This document shows, one piece after another, positions 52,551 through 61,764 of a stretch of DNA of 64,000 bases. The position numbers and the translations under genes were made by a program. The DNA is from Octopus bimaculoides. Taxonomy: Eukaryota. The notes under the pieces are model-generated. The model searched no databases and was not told the DNA's origin. It saw only the letters and a list, made by a program, of their open reading frames with translations. The first letter of the stretch is position 1. The number at the start of each line of letters is the position of its first letter. The stretch spans positions 42,114,701-42,178,700 of the forward strand of contig NC_068984.1 of the NCBI RefSeq assembly GCF_001194135.2. The letters are read 5' to 3'.

Positions 52551-54391
52551 CACACAGAATCTGATTTAAGCAATTAAGCATAAGGAACATAATCTTAATT
52601 TTAATGATGATGATGATGATGGAGTAGGAGGTGGAGAATGTTGTTAAATGCCCCATGGCAATGAATATATTTCAATATTTTTCCTGTTTCCTACTTGATT
52701 GATTAGAGCAGAAGTGTTACACTTAGGTGCCCTTCTCGCCTTTGTTCACATTCACATGTGTTGCGTGGGTGTCTCCCCATTAGCAATCAATTGCAGCTGA
52801 ATTGCACACATGGCCCCCTCCGATAAATGCTTGGTATGCAACAAGCTTGCATTTGTTATGTTTACCCCTCTCACAAATGACAATCTATCCACATTGCTGT
52901 ACATATGGTTATTTTTTCAACCATATCTCTCTCTTGCCAAATAGTTTCTCAGTACATGAAAGAACAGCACAAAAAATAATAAGTAAATAAATACAACACA
53001 AAGAAACAAATAAAACATAACTGTATATTTATTAAATATGATATTGGAATATGTTTCTGCTGAGATTTCTTGTCTGGGACTAGAATTTGACTTGTAACTT
53101 TTGTTGTTGTTTTATTTTTTCTTAATGTATGACTGAAATATTGCAATGATATAACTTTGGACAAGCTGCTTTAGTCTGCTGCTCACTATTATTTTCTTTT
53201 AATGCCCCACCACCAACCTCTGATAAATGTTTTGATTAATGATTTCTGAAGCTATGCCTGCAGTTTACCAATTATGTTTTTAGAGGCTTTCAGTTGACGG
53301 AGTCATTAAGCTCTGGCCAAAAGCTGAAAAGGCCATTGTTTGTCATATTGTGTCATCTAAACTGTACTGTATCCTTTGTGCCTCATTCTGCCTTGTTTAG
53401 CACTCCACAACTCTTGCTGGTCTGCCCTCCTGCCTTTTGAACCAATCTGGTGGTTTTCTCCAAACAGTCCACCAGGTACCGTCTTCACATGCATAAGTAG
53501 ACAAGCCCTAGCTCACCAGAGGTTTGGAAGTGTCAGCTTCCCTCACCATGGTTTAGCCAGTCTGTGAATGCTGTAGCTGGGGTGTGACTTCTGTCACATG
53601 CAGACAACTTTGAGGAGCCTGAGGTGAGAGCTGGATGTCAGATGAGTCCTAGAGTGGACAAACTTCTTCAAAGAACACCATATGTACCAGAGGTACTAAC
53701 CCACCCAGACACCCCATGTACATAAACACTGCTGAAGAGAGTGCAAGTCACATGTGCAGGCCACATGGTTTGAATGCCTGACTCGTCACTCCTTAAGAGA
53801 CTGTCTTACAGTGAAATGGCAGAAGGCAAGTGCATGCAAAATGGACAGAAAAAAATGCTTTAAGGACATACTCAAATTTTCACTGAGGAGCTTTGAGATC
53901 AACCCCAACAACTGAGAAACACAAGCACAAGACTGCCCTTCCTGACAAAGCTGTGCCAACAGAGGTACCACCTCCTGTGAACAAAACAGGGTTGCTAGGG
54001 CACAAAGAAAATGTGAACTATACAAGCCCAGAGCCAACTCCTTGCCTTCGGTCCTAACAGACCACCAGTGTCTGACCAGCAGCAGAGCTTTCTGAGCATG
54101 CATCAGACTGGTTGGCCACTGTTAGACACACTGTGCCCTGTCTTCTTCACCCATGTGTTGTCTTTGGTCATTACTCTTTTACTTGTTTTAGTTATTTGAC
54201 TGTGACCATGTTGGAGCACCGCCTTTTTATAGTCGAGCAAATCGACCCTAGAGCTTATTACTTGTAAGCCTAGTGCTTATTCTATTGGTTTCTTTTGCTG
54301 AACCGCTAATGTTATGGGGACGTAAACACACCAGCATTGGCTGTCAAGTGATACTGGGGGGACAAACAGACACACAAACATATAAACACTC

Positions 54392-54438
<47 letters not shown>

Positions 54439-57400
54439 ACAGGCTTCTTCCAGTTTCTGTCTACCAAATCTACTCACAAGGCTTTGGTCGGCCTGAGGCT
54501 ATAGTAGAAGACACTTGTCCAAGGTGCCACGCAGTGGGACTGAACTCAGGACCATGTGGTTGGTAAGCAAGCTACTTAACACACAGCCACTCCTGCGCCT
54601 GTTGACAATGATGGATGAACTAATAATCCTTTCTACTATAGAGGGGGATAGTTGATTACATTGATCCCAGTGCATAACTGGTACTTATTTCATCAACCCC
54701 GAAAGGATGAAAGGCAAAGTCAACCTTGGCGGAATTTGAACTCAAAATGTGAAGACACAGGAAATACTGCTAAGCATTTTGCCTGGCGTTCTAATGATTT
54801 TGCCAGCTTGCCACCTTAATAGATGAACTTATAATAACTGTATCCTAGGCAAATATGCTTAACTCTCAGTAGGCCAATCTACCCTGCTGTGAGTAGATAC
54901 TGTGGGTAGGTATAATTCATTGTTGTAGCAGTGCAGGATTTAAACCTTTCATATTACAAAACTTTCAGGAGACTATTATTGCATTTAACCCTTTTGTTAC
55001 CATATTTCTTAGAAAATACACTGCCTTTGTAGCAGTTAATTATGAAAATAATGAAGAATCTTTAGTTTGGATGAAAGAAAAAAATTATCAGTTTTTCCTC
55101 TCACTTTTTGTGGGGAGAAACATTGTCAGGTTGTTATTTGTATCTTTGCATATGTCTCAGCCTTTGGATTTTAGAAAGGAAGAAAATTATTTGAAATAAA
55201 ACTTTCTTTTGCTGTTTTTAGCTATGTGTAAAAGAAAGTAATAATTTTGAAATATGTTGCTTGTCAAGGAAGAGAGAAAAGATAAAGTGAGAAAAAAAAA
55301 AAAGACAAAGTTGTCAGATCAGATTTTAGGAAATTGGTTGTCATGGGTGAAACGATGAAGGATGGAGATGGATGGGAAGTGGCAGTTTTGTATATTCATT
55401 TAAACTGGCTTTGAGAAAAATAGGTACTAATTAAGCTTTCTGATGCGAGGTGGTATATAATTTATTATTTAACCACCAGACACCCAATCTTGATTGTCAC
55501 TTTCAAGAAAAATATTAGTTTTTATTGATGTTATTCTTGCTATTTAGGTTGCATAACTGCAAACTTTGTTCAAGTTATGGTATGGTGATAACTGATTAAC
55601 TTATTAGGAGAATTTGTAGTCAAAGTAACTCAAATAGGAGTTAAACAAAAGAGTAATGTTAAAATTAGTCCAGCACAGGAATCATTGCAGGGTTTAGAAA
55701 TTCACCTTATAACCACGTTATTCTAGATTTGCTCTTACTGTATACTATCTTGTGCATTTGTCAACCACTGTATCCTTAGTTTGATCAATATCTTGTGAGA
55801 AGAATTTGGTAGATAGAAATTGTGTAGAAACATTGTGTGTTTGTGTATCATCATTATTTAATGTCCATTTTCCATGCTAACATGGATCAGATGGTTTGAC
55901 AAGATCTAGTGGGGCCAAGGGCTGCACTGTACTCCAGTGTCTGCTTTGGCATGGTTTCTTTGGTTGGATACCCTTCCTAATGCCAACCACTCTTCTGTGT
56001 GTATTTGATGCGTTTTTCATACTTCTGGTACTATTGAGATTGCCATGCAACTTGTTAATCATTAACCCTGAGGGAGTGGGGTCAGTTTTCTACTAGGGGG
56101 TGAGGTGTTAAAGTATGTAAGAAGTGGAGTTGCAAGAAAACCAGTGTTACACTGCTCTCATTTATTTAAAAAATGTTAACTTGGCTTTTCAATAAATAAG
56201 GATGGTTAAAGTTGGTACCAGACTGAAACAACATATGGTTTTTTTGCTTCTTTTTATGAATTTGAAAATAATTTGTAGGGTCATGTTCGAGAATGTTCAG
56301 CATCACAGATGAGATGATACAAGATTTTAAAAAATTGAAGAGATTTTGTATTGCAGGCTTCCATCTAATGTTATCTTTGTGAAACAGACTTTTAAACAAT
56401 TATGTTGATGAGAATTATAACACATACAAACACATTTTCACATTGTTTATTAATGTTTACTTTTCAATTATATTGTTCTTCATATCTAATTTTGTCTACA
56501 TTCCCATTATAGTCCTGACACACTGTTTACCAAGTTATCCATTGCTATTTCTGAAGCAGATGTTGTTGTGACGTCTGGTGGTGTGTCTATGGGAGAAAAG
56601 GTGAGTGACTTCTGGTTTCCGGTTGATTATATATATATTATTATATATATATATTTTGTGGGGGAAGGAGGAATTCATGGAGGAATTCCTATTAAGCCTT
56701 TGTAACTAAGTTAAAAATGTCAGTAAAATGTCACTTGTTAGGTGTTGTGCTTATATTATTAAGAAAGGAAAGAAACTGTGTTATTGACATTAGACTCACT
56801 TGGCTCTTGGCAATCTATGTGCTTTGCACATCTTCTGTATATATAAAGGTGATATGGTCTGAGAATTATGGAAATGCAATTTCTGTGTGTTCATGTATAT
56901 GTGTGTGAGAAAGAGGACAGTGTGGGTGATTTAATTGGAGGTCCTCTGCATGTTATAAACATAACTGCTAAATCTGAACTTGGAAGTCTTACTATGTAGC
57001 CATTATATGTATAAAGTATAATGATCACATCAAAAAGAATTTCTTTTATATAATGCTATATCGAGATATCATTGCATTTAAGCTGTGGTCACCATATTTT
57101 ATATCTTATCTCCACTTGTAAATTTCGATAAAACTTCTCATAATTCCAGGCAATTTTTTTTTCTCTCTCTTCTTTGTAGTACTGCTACAACTGTACCTCC
57201 ATGGTTCTCATACAGTCTCACAGTGTAGCACCTTAGGCAAGGTCTTCTACTATAATCTTGATCTGTCCCAAATTTTGTGAGTGAAACCAGGTAGACTGAG
57301 ATTATGCCCATTGAATAGAATGTACCTCTTCTTGATGTACCCAGTTTAATACCACCTCCTAGCTCTTGGGTACATTTAGTTGAATCCACTTCACTACATT

Positions 57401-59389
57401 TAGATCAGATTTCTGGTTTGAAGATAATCTAAGAATTCATGATCTCTACTTGAATTTTCCTCACCACTCTCAGAAACCAGAAAAATGGTTATGGGCACCA
57501 TTTGCTTTTACCTTCTGACTAAGCCATAAAAAAAATCCCATTTTAAACATTTCAGACAATTCCTTGTTCCTCAAACTATAACTCACTGAAGTTACCAACT
57601 GCCTCTATTATTCATTATCCTTTGTTTTGTTTTTACTTGATGCAAGGGAGATAGGATGTGGTTTGAGGGAGATTTCACTGTTGATTTGTAGCCTGTCAAG
57701 CTATGACATAGAAACTTGCATGTTGATTTGTTGTAAAATGTTCGCCATTGGTCAATTATCAACTAATTCAAAGTAATTACCTGAGGTCATTTGAGATAAC
57801 CATTTTGTATTCTTTCTTTTACTTTATCTCAGGATTTATTGAAACAAGTTCTTGAAGAGGATTTGGAGGCTGTAATTCATTTTGGAAGGGTTTTCATGAA
57901 GCCTGGGTAAATACATTCTTTTTATTTGTTTAGTTAGAGTGTGTCAGAGTGTTTTTCCATACAGCTATAAGACATAAGGCAGATAAAGTTGAAAGGAAGA
58001 CCATATTGTTAGCATTTGTGTCATGAATGAAGCAAAAAGAAGTCCGAAACTTAGTGCTATCAGCTGTCAAAACACTTGATAACTTTTACACTGTTGCTGG
58101 TTATAGTAGTGTAGTTCTGCTGTTTCAACTTGTGATACCTATGTTAGCTAGATGCAGTGGGCTGTTGAAAGCTGGTACTTTCATGGTTAAAGCTCAGTGC
58201 ATGTGAAATACTATCCACTGCCCACTCATCAGCATACCATGGTTTTAATATTTTGGATATCTTATAGGCAGAATGAAGTTTGACATGGATGAAATTCAAA
58301 GACATTCATATGGATGAAATTCCAACAATTTTCAAAATTTTTTACTACAAGTTTTTGTACATGACACAATGAGGTTATTTTGTGAAAAATGTGAGGTAAA
58401 GAAAGTGAATGCATTAAATGAGTTTAAAGAAGGCTGGTATAGAGGATCAACTCTGGTTCAAATCAGAATATATCCCACTCCATCTAGATGTATATCAACA
58501 TAGATTTGCATAGAAACCATTATACTCTTCAATTTTGTTTTGCTTCTCCATTGATAATCATCTTTGAAATGATGTTCCTTATTTTCTTTATACTTTTGTC
58601 CTTTGCAGGAAGCCCACAACTTTTGCAACCATTGACACAAAACATGGACGGAAATTAGTGTTTGGTCTTCCTGGGAACCCAGTCTCTGCAGTTGTCACAT
58701 GCAACCTCTTTGTTATTCCAGCCATCTATCACATGTCTGGCTGTCCAACACCTTGGAGAACAGTTGTAAAAGCTAAAGTAAGGCTTGATATTAGTTTTTA
58801 TTTCTTCTTTTCAGGACAGTTCAGTTTGTGAAACAGTTGAGAGCTAGACTAGATACAGCATATTTATTCTTTCTGATTCTTGATTAATGTCTTTAATATC
58901 TGCTGTTAGAATATTGTAGTTACCATTTATGTACAGGACATCTTTGAAGGATATTATTTTAATCATTCAATATAAATATAAACAATAACTGTACAAATTG
59001 GGCCATAAGTTGAGTGCATGCTTATATGTAGTGAACCAAAAGAAATTTTACACCTGTACTGAGAAGTAAAAACCATTATTGCTAATTACAATTCTTGTCA
59101 AATAAAACAAGGCAGAGAACTCCAAAACTTAAATAGATTAAAAATTAAATGACAACATGCTGCAGATTATTTACTGCTACAATGAAGTTTATTTTTAGCA
59201 TTTTGGAATTATTCTTGTACATAGGCACAGCTGTTGTTATGTGGCAAGAAGTTTGATTCCCAACCACATGACTTTGGGTTCTATCTCATTGTGTGGTACC
59301 TAAGACAAGTGTTTTGTACTAGAGCCCCAGGCTGATCGATGCCTTACAAGCAGGTTTGTTTGACAGAAACTGAAAGAAGCTTGTCATGC

Positions 59390-59460
<71 letters not shown>

Positions 59461-61022
59461 GGATACATATATATGTGTGTGTGTGTGTGTGTGTGAGTGT
59501 GTTATTGTCCCCTTGTCCTGATATTGCATGATTCTTATAGAAATTGTCGCAGCAGTGATGTCATTCCTTTCCAATCTTCTGTGAAAACATGCCGGGTCAT
59601 GATGGTAAAATATTAACATACTTGGAGACAGGCAAGGGTTAGTGACTAGTGAGACATCTGGTGATAAAAAATTCATCTCAGCAAATTTCATCTGACCCAT
59701 GTGAGCATGGAAAAGTGGACGTTCAATGATGATGATGGTCTTCTTCAATATGGTTAAAATTTGTAATACATAAACCCTTTTGACACATATACACAAAATT
59801 AACACACATCTGAGAAGAGCTGCCTGGTTAAGAAGCATACTTGACAAGCATATGGTTCCAGGCTTGATCCCCCTTTCTAAAGCACCATGGGCAAGTACCT
59901 TCTGTTGTAGCCTAGGGTTGGTCAAGTGAAACTTCAAAGACAAACTTTACAAAAGTTCTTTATTAAGGTGTTGGGTAGAATGTCTTGTGGTATTTCTTCT
60001 GCCTCACTGCACTCCAAGATCAAATCCTGCTGAAATCAACTTCAACCTTTTGAGATCAATAAAAATGTTCTAATGCAAAATGGTAGTGGTGGAACTGTTA
60101 GAGTGTTGGAAACCTTGCAATATCTATTCTAGCTTTCTATGTTCTGACTGCAATGACACTGGTGCCAAGCTATATTGGCTTTCACTTTCTTTGGACATCA
60201 TCAGTGGGGAAAGGAGCTTTGCATGCAAAGTCAGCTATTAGTCTTCACAAAAAAACAAGAACCTTTCCCAGGCCTATGCATTGGGGAGGAACTATCCATA
60301 TGCAGAATCTCATAGTTACCCATGAAGGAAGAGCAATACACACACACACACACACATGACTGGCACTCTATCACTTACGACAACGAGGGTTCCAGTTGAT
60401 CTGATGAATGAAACAGTCTACTCATGAAATTAACGAGTCTTGCTCAAGGACATGCGTTGCAGGGAATTGAACTCATGATCTTACAATTGTGAGCGAAATA
60501 CCCTAACCACTGAGTCACACACATTCACATATATATATATATTGTTAGGTTACCTCCTTTTACACTCATGATATAAAACATAGACCTTCAATAAATGTTG
60601 ATATGGTCAACTAAAATTCTTGATGGTGATGCCCCAGTATGGCCATAGTTTCAGACCAGAGTACAGATAATATGTCTGAAAATGAATTATCTTCTATGAT
60701 GCAACATGTCTCATTGATTACTGATACTTACTATACTAAATTTTACTCTATTTCTGTTCTCTTTCAGGTGGACCGGAATATCAAGTTGGATCCTCGACCT
60801 GAATATCATCGAGTTGTGCTGTCATGGGGACCTGGCGGAGTTGGGGATGATGATGGGTTACCTACTGCTTCCAGCACAGGCAACCAGCAGAGTAGTCGGT
60901 TGCTCAGCATGCAGTGTGCTAATGCTCTCTTGGCACTGCCACCACATGCTGATGGCAGGTCTCTGGTCACAGAAGGAGAAGTCCTTGATGCAATTCTCAT
61001 TGGCAATATTAGCTCAATGTAA
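18722..61022 (+). CDS. GPHN: Gephyrin, 3' part of gene (complete MoeA-like E domain, 10 coding exons, about 440 codons); G domain and most of the linker lie outside the window or were not found
   Basis: Ten AG/GT-bounded exons (132, 93, 56, 179, 154, 122, 88, 74, 169, 255 nt) join in frame. The translation aligns colinearly with vertebrate gephyrin E domain as recalled ([16 protein letters not shown]...DGYAV...TTGAPVP...STGNE...SGGVSMGEK...LPGNPVS...DPRPEYHR...[10 protein letters not shown]). Confidence 0.96.
19115..19207 (+). CDS. GPHN: Gephyrin exon B: (E)[30 protein letters not shown]
   Basis: Acceptor tgttctattgacag, donor a|gtaagt, 93 nt; MoeA PPF-x-x-S-x-x-DGYA motif. Confidence 0.95.
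20108..20163 (+). CDS. GPHN: Gephyrin exon C: (S)[18 protein letters not shown]
   Basis: Acceptor attttcag, donor act|gtaagt, 56 nt, phase 1 to 0; matches DGPGDRFIIGESQAG. Confidence 0.9.
20511..20626. mobile_element. Small foldback or MITE-like element with perfect 21-bp inverted repeats
   Basis: cttattatctaacacactcac (20515-20535) and gtgagtgtgttagataataag (20601-20621), 65-nt spacer. Confidence 0.6.
22589..23336. other. Assembly gap (748 N) flanked by microsatellites
   Basis: N run. Confidence 1.
24420..25400 (-). mobile_element. RTE LINE reverse-transcriptase fragment, heavily decayed
   Basis: Decayed [28 protein letters not shown] (RT motif B) and [13 protein letters not shown] segments. 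Confidence 0.7.
25900..26275 (+). mobile_element. SINE with family A head and an alternative 3' half
   Basis: gacatggctgtgtggtcaagaag head; ggaaatattacc...gaggttgg tail shared with 36370-36520 and 59560-59740. Confidence 0.65.
26539..26717 (+). CDS. GPHN: Gephyrin exon D: [59 protein letters not shown](R)
   Basis: Acceptor ttttgtcttag, donor cag|gtaagt, 179 nt; MRxTTGAP and [13 protein letters not shown] motifs. Confidence 0.96.
27780..27933 (+). CDS. GPHN: Gephyrin exon E: [51 protein letters not shown]
   Basis: Acceptor cttcttcag, donor gag|gtatgt, 154 nt; GPSExGLLAT and STGNE motifs. Confidence 0.96.
28500..28765 (-). mobile_element. RTE LINE ORF2 C-terminal fragment
   Basis: [31 protein letters not shown]...[15 protein letters not shown]. 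Confidence 0.65.
31506..31810 (-). mobile_element. SINE family B copy
   Basis: Colinear with 17833-18172. Confidence 0.8.
32130..32870 (-). mobile_element. L1/Tx1-clade LINE ORF2 fragment (EN-RT linker to RT start)
   Basis: Frameshifted [19 protein letters not shown]...[37 protein letters not shown]. Confidence 0.65.
32910..33700 (-). mobile_element. Array of four head-to-tail SINE family D copies
   Basis: Repeated gcctgaaattt...ctggtactta...aggcaaagtcaacc...gaatttgaactcagaa units, the first ones separated by (AAT)n. Confidence 0.75.
33722..34060 (+). mobile_element. SINE family A copy
   Basis: ggttcagtcccactgtgtggcaccttgagcaa...gatggaaactg...gaagccc core. Confidence 0.7.
35417..35800 (+). 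mobile_element. Young, apparently full-length tRNA-derived SINE (octopus OK-like) with (CAA)n tail
   Basis: A box tggcccagtggttagg, B box ggtttcgattccc, many CpGs retained, flanking repeat agtagca(a/t)tgg. Confidence 0.85.
35846..35917 (+). pseudogene. tRNA-His-derived pseudogene
   Basis: 72 nt aligning gaplessly to recalled eukaryotic tRNA-His(GTG); D-loop agtggttag and T-loop gtttgaatcc kept, anticodon GTG changed to CTG, stems broken. Confidence 0.7.
36720..36930 (-). mobile_element. SINE family D copy
   Basis: Shared core. Confidence 0.7.
37343..37458. other. Assembly gap (116 N) after (TA)n
   Basis: N run. Confidence 1.
37760..38098 (-). mobile_element. SINE family B copy
   Basis: Colinear with 17833-18172. 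Confidence 0.8.
38846..39063. mobile_element. TTAA-flanked (piggyBac-type) MITE
   Basis: ttaa|ccctgtaacatt...aatgctaaaagg|ttaa; imperfect TIR. Confidence 0.65.
39827..39938. repeat. Compound (TTA)n-(ACT)n-(AAT)n microsatellite
   Basis: Direct reading. Confidence 0.95.
40045..40835 (-). mobile_element. Array of four head-to-tail SINE family D copies (last one internally deleted)
   Basis: Units at about 40045-40230, 40275-40495, 40505-40705 and 40715-40835 separated by (AAT)n. Confidence 0.8.
41618..41790 (+). mobile_element. SINE family D copy, inverted relative to the 40-kb array
   Basis: ttggcagaatcgttagagc head and core. Confidence 0.7.
42350..42725 (+). mobile_element. Full-length SINE family A copy
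   Basis: ggtgcaggagtggct head to gaaataaaagaataaaagaata tail. Confidence 0.85.
43100..44280 (+). mobile_element. RTE LINE 3' end (ORF2 C-terminus, duplicated 3' segment, UTR and (GAT)n tail)
   Basis: [40 protein letters not shown]...[29 protein letters not shown]. Confidence 0.85.
44706..45039. mobile_element. Possible TTAA-flanked MITE
   Basis: ttaa|ccct... and ...gggg|ttaa termini only. Confidence 0.3.
50432..50517. repeat. 31-bp minisatellite x2.8 (gactaaacagaacaggacgatacagagaatg)
   Basis: Direct reading; 150 bp upstream of exon F. Confidence 0.85.
50669..50790 (+). CDS. GPHN: Gephyrin exon F: [40 protein letters not shown](S)
   Basis: Acceptor attttcttgtag, donor cag|gtaatg, 122 nt; RDSNRxTLLA motif. 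Confidence 0.95.
52457..52544. repeat. (CA)n microsatellite
   Basis: Direct reading. Confidence 0.97.
53560..54135 (+). mobile_element. RTE-BovB-like LINE ORF2 3' end
   Basis: Decayed [25 protein letters not shown]...[27 protein letters not shown]...[11 protein letters not shown] (C-terminal zinc-finger-like tail). Confidence 0.75.
54168..54598 (-). mobile_element. Full-length, relatively young SINE family A copy
   Basis: CpGs retained (gagcaccgcc, gtcgagcaaatcgacc); head revcomp ggcgcaggagtggctgtgtg. Confidence 0.88.
54620..54820 (-). mobile_element. SINE family D copy
   Basis: Shared core. Confidence 0.8.
56513..56600 (+). CDS. GPHN: Gephyrin exon G: [29 protein letters not shown]
   Basis: Acceptor cccattatag, donor aag|gtgagt, 88 nt; [10 protein letters not shown] motif. 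Confidence 0.95.
57833..57906 (+). CDS. GPHN: Gephyrin exon H: [24 protein letters not shown](G)
   Basis: Acceptor actttatctcag, donor gg|gtaaat, 74 nt; [11 protein letters not shown] motif. Confidence 0.95.
58609..58777 (+). CDS. GPHN: Gephyrin exon I: [56 protein letters not shown]
   Basis: Acceptor gtcctttgcag, donor aaa|gtaagg, 169 nt; [16 protein letters not shown] motif. Confidence 0.96.
59222..59740 (+). mobile_element. SINE with family A head, long internal (TA)n and an RTE-type (GAT)n tail
   Basis: Ends catgtgagcatggaaaagtggacgttcaatgatgatgatg. Confidence 0.7.
60358..60520 (-). mobile_element. Short SINE: family B-like tRNA head joined to the OK-like tail
   Basis: Revcomp gtgtgactcagtggttagggt...gagttcaattccc...ttgagcaagac|tcgttaatttcatgag...gatcaactggaaccctcg...gagtgcca. 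Confidence 0.7.
60768..61022 (+). CDS. GPHN: Gephyrin last coding exon J: [84 protein letters not shown]
   Basis: Acceptor ttctctttcag, 255 nt ending in TAA; LDPRPEYHR and STGNQxSSRL motifs. Confidence 0.96.
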   Translation: MDRNIKLDPRPEYHRVVLSWGPGGVGDDDGLPTASSTGNQQSSRLLSMQCANALLALPPHADGRSLVTEGEVLDAILIGNISSM

Positions 61023-61717
61023 CAACATGGCTTTCTCTCTTCCAAAATTCTCTTTCTCTTTCCTTCTTTCTACCTTTTTTTCTCTACTTCTTTTTGCTCC
61101 CTGCCCTCACTTTTTCTTGTTTTTCTTGCTTTTTTCCTGATTCCCCATTATTTCTTCCTTTTCACTTTTTCATTCTCCCCCACTTCTTATTTCTCTTTTC
61201 TCACTGTATCCTTATCTCTCTCTCTCTCTCTCTCTTCTATTTTCCTCTGTTATCCCTCGTTGACAATAATTATCTCAGTGTTTTGCATTGTGGAGTGGCA
61301 AAAATGATAATTCATCTTGCCAAATATCCTGTTATTTTCACAATTCAGTTCCACTGTGATTGGCTTTCTTTCCATCCTTTTCTGGACTCAGTGAAATAAG
61401 TACCACTAATACACCCAAGATCCATATAGTGTTACTTCACTATATATTTGTGCCAGATCGATATTATTTCAATGTACCAATATAGCTCCTTCTCATTCTT
61501 TCACAAACTTCTCAACTGATACTAATAGTGCAATGTAATCTTTCCCTGACTACCTCCAGCCCCTCTCTTCATCCCCTTCCTTATATTTCTTGTATATTCA
61601 TATAGCTATCTCATATCATCTTTTATTACCATTACTAGCTCATCATAATGCCACGTCTTTCACTCTGGCTCTCTGTTCTTCCCCCTCTGTCTGTCTCTCT
61701 TTCCCTCTCTCTGTATG

Positions 61718-61764
<47 letters not shown>

